Source of the DNA: Perna viridis
Lineage: Eukaryota
Direction of reading: 5' to 3'
DNA: 64,000 nt
Assembly: GCA_037379345.1 (NCBI GenBank)
Contig: CM074519.1
Location: 14,796,742-14,860,741 of the forward strand
The notes beneath the pieces are model-generated. The model did no database searches. It was given only the letters and a program-made list of their open reading frames with translations, and was not told the DNA's origin. Below are positions 1 through 11,150 of the stretch, in pieces. The stretch's first letter is position 1. Every line of letters starts with the position of its first letter. The position numbers and the translations under genes are program-made.

Positions 1-1340
1 TAATATGCTATCTTTTGGGATGCTGCTTGTAACTGGTGTCCAATTGGAAAACTATTCATGACTCTTGTTTGCTGTTTACGATTACTTCGGAATGATTTTG
101 TCCATCGTATAATATAATTTGAAATACATGTACCATAATAACAAGCGTCGGTGTGGTACTTTATCAAACGCTTTCACGAAGTTTAAATACAGGCATTCAG
201 TGGTTTCCACCTCTGTCTAATACCTGGGTCCAATGCTCTAACACGTATAAAAGTTGTAGTGACGTTGACCGTCCTGAAATAAAACCGAACTGTTTATTAG
301 AGAAAAAGGGGATTACTTCCATGTTATATGGTCTCTGACATAAGTTTAACGCTATGTACATAATATACAGGTGAGGCTCACTGGCCTGTTGTTCGAAGCA
401 CTTTTTCTACTACCTACTTAGAATATAGCTGTCATACAACCCCAACCCTTCCATTCATCTGGCACTGTACATAAATTAATAGTTAAATGTTCTCTCAGTT
501 CATCGCAAAAATGATGAAGGAGTCTCGGTTGAAGATTATATAGGCCCAGAGATGTGCTTATGTTCATGTCTTGTAGCCTTTATTCGCTCCTTTCATTGTT
601 AAATGTCGAGGACAGGCATACATGTTTGTACTGCATTCTATAATTGGTCTTGATAACAATGGATAATCGTCATCGTTTTCCACAGTGAACACATTGAGGA
701 AAATTTTCGACAGTGTATCGACCTTTAATTTCTTTGTCGTTGCTTGTTTATCTCTCTGTGTTATTTTCCTGATTCATCACAAGATCTATCTTAGTTTTTG
801 AGTTTACGTAACACCAGAATTTGTTCGGATTTTTTAAAATATCTGTTGCTATTTCCTTTCTTTATTTTTGGCAGCATTTCTTATCAGGTTTTTAATTTGG
901 TTTCTAGATTTACAGAATTATCGATATCTATCTGTATCTCATGTTTCTGAATATCTTGCCGAACATCGATTTTTTTACTTATAGTTTTCAGTGTCACATG
1001 TTTTCATTTTGTCATTTCGCTTTGGAACATATTTGTCCTAAATGTGTATTTTTTTTAAATAAAAACCATTGATTATATCTTTGCCTTCTAACTCGTCAGC
1101 CCAGTTGATTTCATGCCTGGAAAGTCAGCTTTTGTCGTAGTAATATTTTAATCTTTCGGTGTTTTCTTGCTGAATGTAACAATTTAAGTTTAAGGTTATT
1201 AATGAGTTACCATTCTTGTCTAGGGGGGTACAGTATTTAATGTCTGAATCCATACCCTCTTCGTTTGATAAAACTAGGTCTAGGATATGCGGCTCTTGAT
1301 CAATTCTAGCCCTCATCGGTTTCGTAATGTGCTGAAATGG
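1..1340 (-). mobile_element. Decayed CR1/L2-group non-LTR retrotransposon (end of APE endonuclease plus RT), running off the window start
   Basis: Minus-strand translation gives ILDLVLSNEEGM (endonuclease end, ORF 1125-1316), NRPVSLTC (~370-390), YLNFVKAFDKVPHRRL (~145-195) and WTPVTSSIP (~15-45). Many stops and frameshifts. Confidence 0.8.
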
Positions 1341-1793
1341 GTAACAACAACAACCAAGTATTCCAATATATCCTCTCGAAATTTAAATCACCGATGACTA
1401 ATACGTGGCTATAGTTAGCTCCACTTATCTCAGATAAGTGGAACTAACTAATTTTGCGATTGCTCATAAGTTGGTTTCCCGAATAGACTTTATGATCAGA
1501 ACTAAAGTGTTACAATCCAAAAACATCTTTCGCGTAACTGAAATTTAATAAATAAATCTAAATTCAGTATTTGAGGATATTTTTAAAATGTTTGTTTGTG
1601 TGCAATCATTTTATTTAACAGTCAAGTTTACTTTCTGTTCAGATGACTTTGTCAATTTGCATTTTTGTACCACATTGTTTTGTTTTACTTTTATTTCATC
1701 ATTCTTTTTCGTTTGTTAATTTGTTTAATTTTTGTCTTGTGCCGATTTGAAGTGTAGAAACGATATCGCAATGAAAACCACAAGAGAATATCA

Positions 1794-3251
1794 TTAATGT
1801 TTATTCAACTTTCCTTTCAATGGTTCTAAATTACTAGTAACCTGATGATCGTGTAACCAGTTCATCTTTTGTCGGTTAAGGTAACTCCTAGTCAGTTTGG
1901 AATGGAATTCTGTGTGGTATTTTGCATGAGGAAGAGTATTGAAACGAAACCAATTCAAATCTTCAAGTTTATTTGTCTTAGTACGATTTTTCAAGAATTC
2001 TTCGAGACAGTCAAGTACAATTGGATCACGATCTTTATAAAATTTGTTAGCAAATAATTCATCTCTATGTATTAACCAAGGAAGATCCTTCGCGGTATAA
2101 ACACAAACACCTCTAACGAAGTGACTTTGACAACTGATCCCATTTTCATGGCTCCATATCACTGCACGAGACATAAAAGGTGTTGCATTTTTGTATCCTC
2201 CTGGTGCCCATGGTAACGAGTTAAGCGTTGCCCAAGCACTTTCTTCGGGAGCATATGTCCCATTTAACCATTTAATGAATTCAATGGCAACGTTGTCAGT
2301 CAGGATAAATTCAACAAACGGTCGTGAGAAAGCACCATAAGCAGACCCTTTCCTTAAATGAAACCGTTTTATAAAGGAATGCTTTATAGCTTTAGTTTCA
2401 TATATGTTATTGCCTCGAATTTCATATCGTCTTGTGTATCTTTTCTGTTTTACAAATGGGAAATCGTACGATTCTATATCATTAGCCCCGTTTAGTTTTT
2501 GTAGAATTTTCACGATCTCAAAATTAGTCTTCAAAGGAAATTCTTGGCCTGTCAAATTAATGTAATATTTCCATGACGAATTAGATTTGATTAGCGTCCT
2601 CATACATTCTAACTCAGCTTCCACTATATTAATACTAGAATAAATCACATTTATGCGATTTTCTATGACATGAATGTTGTGAAAACATCTGCCAATACTT
2701 TTCATAATTTCAAAGGTTTTTATATCAGATTTTTTATCAACATAGATACAGTATGTGTTATGCGGTCGGTATATTGTCCGTAACAATTGTTCGGCTTGTA
2801 CAGGGTTAGTATGCATTTTAATCGCAAACGCCAAAGGGAAATTACGTTCCTCTGGTAAAACCATTTCATTCTTCGTTACGTAACCATGAGCAAGTTTTAA
2901 AGTCATACATTTTCTTAAAAGATTAGAAAGATGACATTTACTGCTAATTTTATTATGTTTGATATATACTTGTACTTTCTTAATCTCCTCTTTGTCGCCC
3001 ATCACTAATTTGATACAACTCAGACTACTGTTTTGTCTTGGCAGACATTGCGGAAATGACGGTCTAGTTTCTTCTTCAAATTTTCGATTTAAGTGAAATC
3101 GGTTATCAGATTTACCACAACATTGTATTATATAATTGTTAAATCCGCCGACAAGTAAACAGAATAAAAGAGCCAAGACAGCACCCACAACAAACTGCTT
3201 CCGATTGTTTATCTTGTAAACAGTGATTTTTTTCAATATTCGAGAGAACAT
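1794..3251 (-). CDS. Beta-1,6-N-acetylglucosaminyltransferase, core-2/I-branching family (GT14, GCNT-like), type II membrane protein, 485 aa
   Basis: Intact ORF with N-terminal TM (FVVGAVLALLFCLLVGGF) and GT14 motifs FPLAFAI, LLRTIYRPHNTYCIYVDKKS, WKYYINLTGQEFPLKTN, KGSAY, PEE..WATL, C..HFVRGVC, LFANKF. A polypyrimidine-CAG acceptor at 3372-3390 implies an upstream non-coding exon. The paralogue cannot be assigned. Confidence 0.93.
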   Translation of the reverse strand: MFSRILKKITVYKINNRKQFVVGAVLALLFCLLVGGFNNYIIQCCGKSDNRFHLNRKFEEETRPSFPQCLPRQNSSLSCIKLVMGDKEEIKKVQVYIKHNKISSKCHLSNLLRKCMTLKLAHGYVTKNEMVLPEERNFPLAFAIKMHTNPVQAEQLLRTIYRPHNTYCIYVDKKSDIKTFEIMKSIGRCFHNIHVIENRINVIYSSINIVEAELECMRTLIKSNSSWKYYINLTGQEFPLKTNFEIVKILQKLNGANDIESYDFPFVKQKRYTRRYEIRGNNIYETKAIKHSFIKRFHLRKGSAYGAFSRPFVEFILTDNVAIEFIKWLNGTYAPEESAWATLNSLPWAPGGYKNATPFMSRAVIWSHENGISCQSHFVRGVCVYTAKDLPWLIHRDELFANKFYKDRDPIVLDCLEEFLKNRTKTNKLEDLNWFRFNTLPHAKYHTEFHSKLTRSYLNRQKMNWLHDHQVTSNLEPLKGKLNKH

Positions 3252-6218
3252 GTTTGTTCATGCTTTTAAGAGTCTGGAGTTATGCAATATGATGTATTTC
3301 AATACATATGATTCTCCGCGAGTTGATATGATTTGGTTCTATGCTGTTACTTTGACAAATTGGTCGAATGCCTGTAATGAGAAAAAAAAACCATTACAAG
3401 TCTTAATTGTTTATATAAATATTACCTGAATGGTATAAAAGTACCCCTTATAACAATGTTGTATTATAAACATTTTTATGAGTGGTGTAGACCAATAAGC
3501 TAAGTGGTCGGTGTTTGCTGCTTAACAAATGTTGACTATCTGATTTTAGTAATTTTGGTTCTAACGCACAACAAACGTACGTTTCAAGGGCTTGAAATCC
3601 TTTGTTTTTGTTTATGAAATATACTTCCAACCATGGTAATATTTTCAGGTCCAAGCTGCACATTTACTTTTCGAGTTGTTCTTTAATGATTTGGACTGAT
3701 TTTGTTCTCTTAGTATTGATTTAGTTCTTTGGACTCTGTTAAATGATTACCTTTGTTTATATTTTCATGCCATATAATAGTATACACTATGTTTAATTGT
3801 AGCTGAACCAACATTTTTGAACTAATGTTTATATCATTGAGACAGTAAAATGTGGATACATAGATCCATTTCTGAGTGTTCGTATATAAATCGAAATCAA
3901 TATTGTGTCACCAAGAACGACTAAACAGTTTTTAAACGCCTTCACTTCAATAATGATTAGGGTATTTCCGTTTATAATATGCCCTTCCACCGTTCCGTTC
4001 CGTGTTTCCGTCACAGGCTAGGAATATACGTGTATGTTCATTGAAGTAGGAAGGCTTTTCGAATTTGTGAACAAATTACTCGTACGTTGTAGTCACTTTC
4101 GTATTCAATATTATACTGTCACTCCCATTCGATCAAAATCTTTGTAATGAAGATGATTATAATTAAAGATCTTTTCATGAATGTGAACATATAAGTGGTA
4201 AAACCCTAAAAATTATTATGACGTGAAAAGCGTGGAATTGTTTAGTACACATAATGTATACATATGTATCCATTAGCTACTAACTCCTCTTTCTCAGTTT
4301 CATCGTTTTTGCCGATGTCGTGCTCCCATAATTACCTTAGATGGGTTTTTAATGAACGTTTGATTAGAAAAAATATTTTTATGCTCGTTTGTGTCTTTGG
4401 AAAACAACCCGTGTGATGATTATTTTACTTTACGTTTTGACCTGATATTTTATGTATTCGTTTAAATTTACCCTAAAGCATTTGTACAGGAGTTATGCAT
4501 TTTATACTCATGCTCTATATATGTAGTACATGTTGGTTGTAGGAATTTATTGGAATTAAAGGGAGGGATATTTGTTTGTTTCAATTTGTACAATCACAGA
4601 CGGTGATTAATAGAAAAAAAACAAGGATAAACCATAATATTTGTATCAGACTATGTTAGCTAAACCACGGGGGTGATCACACTGGTTCTAAGTTGAAAAG
4701 GGAAGATTAATTCTTAAAAAGCTACTAATCGACATTGATGAAAATCATTTTTTTTTCAATATTTAAATATTCCCGTTCTCACTATATCATAAGAGCATCA
4801 CATTTCTAAGAACACGTATATATTTTTCCTAATTCATCTTAAAGTCATTCATCCCTTTTATCATGTAACTTGCTACATGTGTACATAAAATATTTTCTTT
4901 ACAAAAGATAAATTATATACTTTGATATGTGAACATTGGCATGACTAAATATTTTTTTCGAACATTACTGACTGCATGTAATTTAACACAAGTTAATGAG
5001 TGTCTATTCAAAAAGCATTTATGGTTTGATTTATGAACATACTTCAAACAACCAGTTTTATCTTACAGATACACTTCACATAGGAAATTTCTGTTTCAAA
5101 AGAAAAAAAATCGTCGACATCAGAAGCATAGCAAAGCTTTAAGCAATCTTTAGACCAATTTATAGGAGACGATATGGTATATTTTTAATTTTTAAGTATT
5201 TTAATTCGATGCCAACATAACTGCATGCTTCACAGTGGATATGATGCACAACATTTCTTGCAGATTAATGTCTTAATTATCAAACAAGATTTATTAAAGC
5301 TTATGAATACACCCACATAAACCGATGGTGCTATGGTTTTATGAAGCGATAGTTTAACATTTACAACTATACTACATTTCCAACGTCGAGTGATGAATCT
5401 TGAACGAAACAGTGTCATTTATATTTATATATGAATTTATTTTATTTGTAAGTTAAAGCCATAGGGGATCGAAGAATAATGTATACAGATATTGTTTACA
5501 AAACTTTTTAAAAAATTGTATACAGAACTTTTTTCTGACTTTATTCATATTTCAGGACGAAAACTGGGGATCGCAGAACTTTTTAAAAATTGCTTGTGTA
5601 ATATTTAAAACGACTGAAATTCCAATTACAATTCTATAGAACATTTTCTCGCAAATTAGCTCTTCCTTGAAAGAGCGTCTTTAAAAACAGTGTTTGTAAT
5701 TTTTCCATATATAAGGTTATGCCTTATTTTTTTTTACAATTTTTTACATCATTTTAAATACCATTTTCGTGTTGATAATAGATACTCCTGTGTGATTTTG
5801 CAAAATGACAGAAAAGAATGTTCCGTGTAATAGATTCGATCTACCTTAATGAAAAAGACTTTTAAAAGAGCTCGAGGCATTGTTCTCAAATTGATTAAAC
5901 ATGATTAGAGACAAATATCTTACTCAAGAATTTATACTTTATTTTTTTCATAATAGCAGCAAGACTGTGGTCGTAATTTAAGTTTTAAAACAGATATTGT
6001 CTTGTCCATTAGTTCAATTTGGTTCTACCTATATGTGAAAATTAATGGTTATGGTCTATACCCTTACCAGGATCCAAAGAGGGAGACAACAAATTTTGTT
6101 GATTTTATAAGGGGGGACTGGAAAACCCCTTTTTATGGATTTTTTTACCCGCCACTGCTATCCATAAATTTCTTGCAGAACAACATTGATAAACTGTATA
6201 TGATAATATATATATATA

Positions 6219-6585
6219 AGGTCTGAAAAATTCCCAACGATGTTAGAACTGTCAAATTTGCGATGCAAATTTTTGGTCGTTCCCTCCGCGGGACTCGAAC
6301 TCGTACTGCTGTGACATCTATGGCAACACCGCCTGCACAAAGTCCAGCGCCCTAGACCACTCGGCCAGCTAGGCTATAAAATACAGCTTTCGCTGGCCGG
6401 GTCATTCCTCCTCGTATGATTAATCTAGGGCTGTAACTTAGTACACGATGTATGGTGGTACGGGACAGTTCATTTAGATGTTAATATGTAGGATAGAGGA
6501 TCAAATTAATGATGCATTTGTCACAACAAATCAATATTATACAACGTCTCAGAATGTGACGACTCTATTTGCTACACTGCTCCAT

Positions 6586-6622
<37 letters not shown>

Positions 6623-7035
6623 CTAGCCTATATACATAGCCTAGCTGGCCGAGTGGTCTAGGGCGTTGGAGTTTGTGTTGCCATAGATGTCACAGCGGTA
6701 CGAGTTCGAGTCCAGCGGAGGGAACGACCAAAAATTTGCATCGCAAATTTGACAGTTCTAACATCGTTGGGAACTTTTCAGACCTTTCTAAACGTTTACA
6801 TAACTTCTCTGTATCAATTTGATCCGATGGAGCAGTGTAGTGAATAGAGTCGCCATATTCTGAGGCGTATATATATATAGAAAGGCCTGAAAAATTTCCC
6901 AATGATGTTAGAATTGTCAAATTTGCAATGCAAATTTTTGGTCGTTCCCTCTGCGGCACTCGAACTGTCCTGCTGCATCTATGGCAATACCACCTGCACG
7001 AAGTCCATCGCCCTAGACCACTTGGTCAGCTAGAC
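6219..7035. mobile_element. Three alternately oriented copies (-,+,-) of a tRNA-headed short repeat separated by (TA)n tracts
   Basis: Copies at 6219-6590(-), 6637-6867(+) and 6881-7035(-). A-box TGGCCGAGTGG and B-box GTTCGAGTCC; shared body ...GACCAAAAATTTGCATCGCAAATTTGACAGTTCTAACATCGTTGGG. (TA)n at ~6205-6218, 6590-6620, 6868-6879 and 7037-7058. Confidence 0.8.
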
Positions 7036-10000
7036 GATATATATATATATATATATATTCTGAATAATAATATTTAGAGAAAATATTTAATTAAGCAACC
7101 TTTCTCCATTTTATTTTGCTCCATATGAATTGGAAATCATCTATACTACATATTGATAATAATAGTAATAAAACTGATGACAGTGATGCTTGACAAAAAA
7201 ATGGAACTGTTTTAACTTGAATAATTTGCTATTATTTTTCGAAGCATTTTCAAGCAAAAATCAGAAATAGTTACCGAAATTTAGTTCAGATCAAAGATAA
7301 TTGAACATATGTACCATGCATGTTGTAGTATTCGTTATCAAGAACACCTGTTAGTCTTTGTAGTCTGTTATAAACACGTGGTTACAAATAAGAAATGCGG
7401 TTAATTCAATTGATGTTAATGAGGCATGTCTACTTAAAGACAAAACTTAAGGAATGAAATAGATTTTGTACCACCAATCCAGTCATTTATAAATTCGATA
7501 TCGAATGATTAGGTATCATTATACACGAAAGAACTCTTTAAATACTTGTTTATTTGTCTATTGTCTGCATATTTGGCATTCTTATGCGAACCATATAAAT
7601 ATATTTTTTAAAATAATAATTCCCTCACGTTTATAATATCTAATTTAACCCCACTTGCAAAGTGGACAGCAAACAATAATACATGTATGAGTGTCCAGCA
7701 TTCCTTCACACAGAGGGGTTCCCATCTCTTATCCGTACTCCTTTACACCACTAAATGGATTTTAATGAAACTTCCAACAAATTTTTATTAAACTTTCAAG
7801 GGTGCATTTTGAACCCCTTGCAAAGCTGGAAGTATAAATTGATAGGGATGTCAGTCCTACAGTCTCACAGAGTGAGTGGTGTCCATCTCTAATCTGTTAC
7901 TCATTTTACATCGCCGATTTTGAACATAATGAAACTTTTACAGATTCTTTATAACACAGCCCCATTGTGTACCTCTCATTTCAAATTTCCATAAAAACAA
8001 TTTGGAGGTTAAAAGGTGCATGTTATCAAATTGGGACAACGGTATCAGTTAAATCAAGTTTTTTTTTCTCATTTACTATAAATTTAATTGTGTCTTGTTA
8101 AATATTAATTTATGTACTTATTCTTATAATAGTAATATGTTATATTTGTTTGAGTCGCATTGAAAATAAAGTTTTTGACTAAATTTGCCTTCCTATTTTT
8201 CAACTGTTGAGGCGATTACAACATTATTATTATAATTATATCTATTCATTTTACCTATAATTAATTAATGTGATCAGATTGATAACCAATAAATATATTA
8301 TTATATCTGTCTTTTATCAAGTGTTTTGTTACAACAAGCAGTAGTACATAAAGTTAAACTATATATTTTGAAAATAGGGATTTTAAAAAACAGGCTTTCA
8401 AGCGTTCCCAACACCATCTTAACTGGAACATAAAGTATAGTACTAAACTACCAATCACCAATAAATATTCTTACAATAGCCCTAATCTATAAACAATACA
8501 GAAAACAATCCTTAAATAGGTTGGTTAATGTAATTATATTTTCTAATAAATATTGTTTTATTAAACAAACAAAACAAAATTCTAAGTTGCCCCAAAAGGT
8601 CTCCATAACATAATTATCAATAAATTTTAGATACCTTACGTTAACTCATTTAAAATTCTTTATCATTGTTATTTAGTCAATGAAACTTTCTTAATTGTAG
8701 AATCAGAAGACATACCTTCACTGCCGAAGAACTATCCATTATAATTATGTTACCATCCTTATTTATGCTATTTTTGTAACATTATAAACAGCTGTCCAAT
8801 GAGTACTGGGATACCCTTGTGTTAACTCGTGGTCAGGTTTTATTCTTTACGTTTACATTAAAGTTGCGTGGTAAATAAAACCGGATGGACGTAGTGTTGC
8901 ACCTGTTAATGATTATTTATGAAAGGGAATGGCCAATAAAACAAGCACCATGTATATGGTTGGTTAATTGATATTAACTGAATGTGATATCTAAAGATTT
9001 GGAAAAGTCGACATTTAAATGCATTGTGAATGATAAAGATCTTTAAAACATAAGAAAAATTGTACTATAAAGTTAAATAATATGTAACTATTTACATGTT
9101 AAATGGTCAAAACAATTATGACTTTAAAATTAAAAAAAAATTGTTAAAGTTTTCTTGTGCAGTTATGTACCACTATTCTAACTTTTTAATGCGCCGTGAT
9201 AGCCTGAGAGACGGACCTCCGGACAAAGATTATAAGACAAAACGTATTAAAACTTATTAAGAAATATTATGTTTCCGGAAAACAGATTTTCATAATATCA
9301 ACAAATGTACTTTTTAATGTATTTTTACTTATTTTGTTATTTTTATGTTGAAATTGACGCGTCATCCCAATAACGTACAGGACTTATATAAAGGTTGGTG
9401 TTTTCACTTGTATTTTACTTGTATTCAGTGCCTTTTATTTGCACTTTTTCATCATTCATATCTTCTGCATTGTTGATTTTTTCCACGTTTGACTCTGGCA
9501 TTTTATGCTGCAAGTTAATACACTGTAATGAAAGCGGGAGGCTTTGTGCGCTTTAAAACCTGGTTTAACCCACCACGTCCACCACAAATGCTTGCTAAGT
9601 TAGGACTACTGCGATAGTTTCCATCTTTTCGTTTTTTACCTTGATGATGCCATTTATTATATGGACTTTTGACTATTGTCTTACCTTTGCATGCTGATTA
9701 TACGTATGTTGTTGTTGTTTTGTGTGTTTGTTTCGATTTTTTTATTGACCAATTAATGACAATTGCAATTTAACTTGACAATTACACCTTTGATTAGATG
9801 ATATCATTTTACACAAGCAAAAAACATGCCAGTTAATTATGCAACAAAAATTGGCAAACACAGCGTGATCAATTTTTTCAAACTGCGTTTCAACAATATT
9901 TTAGTTAATGCATGCCTTGTTTAATGCTTTGTTCAATTGCCTTCGTTATATCTCATATTAATTACAAGAAGACATACCTGTCAATAACAATATACATAAT

Positions 10001-10705
10001 CCGTTTAAATCGTAAAAGTCCACTCGATCCCGCTACTGTGTTCTGCTACTGGTATGTGAAGTATATGAAGTGTTTGAGTTCATGTAGTGATTTTCCGGTC
10101 AGAGGTTGCAATAACTTTCTAACTTCTTGACGTTGAATGTCAAGAGTTCAGACACTAACGTGGTGCCCTAAGCTTAGCGTTGTATGATACTGACAGACAA
10201 GGTCAACTGTAAATTGATTTATTTATTGTATCTATTTTATCCTTAAAATAAAGATAAATGCCTGGTTATTGATAATTTTGAATAGTATGAATAGCAGGGG
10301 TGAACATGCCTTAAAGGATTTAGTTATATACATGATTGAAACACAATTCATTCCTAAAGCAAAATTGTTTGTATTATGCGCGTTTTTTTATTTTATTTCT
10401 AGAATGATTTTAAGAAGTAACGAGCTTTCTGATTGGATAAATAAGTCCATCATCTCAAACACCAAATGTGACTGTAACGTCGTCAACCTTACTTGATACT
10501 AGTAATAAACTCGTTGAATTATTATTATTTTTTATCTATTTGAAATAACAACACTGCCGTGGTACAGTCATTCTTTAATTACACAGAAGTTGATTGGTGG
10601 ATCTAAAAATTTACAAAGGTGTGGTGGTCAACATGGGTCCCAATCTTTTCCTCCAGAAAGAGGTGGAAATGCATTTTATTTACACTCCGTGCAGGTCCGG
10701 GTGTC

Positions 10706-10918
10706 AAAAAGAGTAATCAAGGGAACCAAGGTTATAGCGGTAATCAAAAGAATGTAATCCAGAGACAAAGACCCGACATGGAAAACAGACATACACAACA
10801 AAGAACATAAAGTAACTAAAATCATACATACAAAGTAACAAAAGCAAATGAGCAAATCGGACTCCACTAAAAACTGGGAGCATGGACCAGGTGCACCGGT
10901 AGGGTAAGCGTCTTCTGC
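10706..10918 (-). mobile_element. 3'-terminal fragment of the Naiad-like Penelope family
   Basis: Near-identical to the 3' UTR of the copies at 16160-17045 and 21225-22570 (GACGCTTACCCTACCGGTGCACCTGGTCCATGCTCCC...CCTTGGTTCCCTTGATTAC). Confidence 0.85.
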
Positions 10919-11150
10919 GCTCCGCCACAGGAGACTTAATTGCCCGACCCTACCCATGCTCCTTTTTCTAGTGGCAATCAAAGTTTGTCGGCCCTATTAT
11001 CCTTGTGTCCCATCCCTTGTTTCTTTTCATCATCATTCATGTTCATTGTATCATCCACTTCATGTTCATCGCCTGAATACAGCTGCAATATTGCTGCTCG
11101 GGCGTTAAACCCCCAACAATCAATCAATCGATCAATCATTTTATTTACTT
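10919..11150 (+). mobile_element. Probable 5'-truncated SINE 3' portion abutting the Penelope fragment
   Basis: Ends in ...AGCTGCAATATTGCT...GGCGTTAAAC...CAATCAATCAATC, a tail type typical of mollusc SINEs. No tRNA head is visible. Confidence 0.5.

Noticed and set aside
6637-6720. Functional tRNA gene
   Set aside because: It has A/B boxes but no canonical cloverleaf, and it is embedded in a repeated body.
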